Below the pieces are notes generated by a model that did not search any database, had not been told where the DNA came from, and saw nothing but the letters and a program-made list of their open reading frames with translations. From Octopus bimaculoides (Eukaryota), in assembly GCF_001194135.2 (NCBI RefSeq), contig NC_068986.1, positions 37,130,582 through 37,194,581 of the forward strand: a stretch of DNA of 64,000 nucleotides, read 5' to 3'. How positions within the stretch are numbered: position 1 is the stretch's first letter; each line of letters opens with the position of its first letter. This document shows positions 63,687-64,000 of the stretch, piece after piece. Both the position numbers and the translations under genes were made by a program.

Positions 63687-64000
63687 AACAACAAACAAGA
63701 TAAGGAGAAATATCTGTCAAATGTAAATAATGTACATAATTTCTCATCTCTTAAATATAGAACTGTATTACAGAATGTACTGAGCCAAAAAGATATACCA
63801 CAAGGAATTTTGTCAGAAGCTCTAACAATTCTGCAAACCTATTACTTTTACAAACTTAATTATAATAAAGGAAGTTAATTATTTTACTAAATACTTTCTT
63901 TGCATTGATTACTTTAAACACAGTGTATTTTGTTAGAAATATGATTAGCAAATTGTTAATGTCATTTATATATTAATTGGTATTGACTGTTTAGATATTC

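Larger units (their letters stand above)
63183..63769. mobile_element. Head-to-head palindromic element: tRNA-like head + (AAT)n + hammerhead-bearing Penelope-like tail in each arm; 10-bp TSD
   Basis: Left arm 63184-63432 is the reverse complement of the right arm 63457-63732; acagaatgta at both 63173-63182 and 63770-63779; the flanks join into a family A SINE. Confidence 0.88.

Overview
AT-rich eukaryotic genomic DNA, most likely octopus (coleoid cephalopod). That assignment is inferred from the tRNA-derived SINE repertoire, the microsatellite density and the short-read N-gaps, which are mostly flanked by (TA)n. About 13 N-gaps account for all the long X-filled ORFs. No protein-coding gene could be recognised: the other ORFs are microsatellite or repeat read-throughs, and only weak candidate small exons remain. 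No rRNA, genuine tRNA gene or CRISPR array was seen. The window is mostly intron or intergenic sequence filled with at least seven interspersed repeat families. The labels A-G are my own working labels, and superfamily names are from memory of motifs, not from alignment. The most notable structures are two unrelated palindromic elements whose arms each carry an outward-facing, decayed, minimal type I hammerhead-ribozyme fold of the Penelope-like-element type. One is a 165-bp hairpin at 7827-7991. The other is a 587-bp head-to-head tRNA-head + (AAT)n + hammerhead element at 63183-63769, inserted as one unit into an older SINE with a 10-bp target-site duplication. Other points of interest are a foldback MITE-like element, a pre-miRNA-like hairpin, a templated-insertion scar at 34.2-34.6 kb and a CpG-retaining domain at about 45-53 kb that may hold promoter(s). 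Repeat boundaries were read by eye and are approximate.
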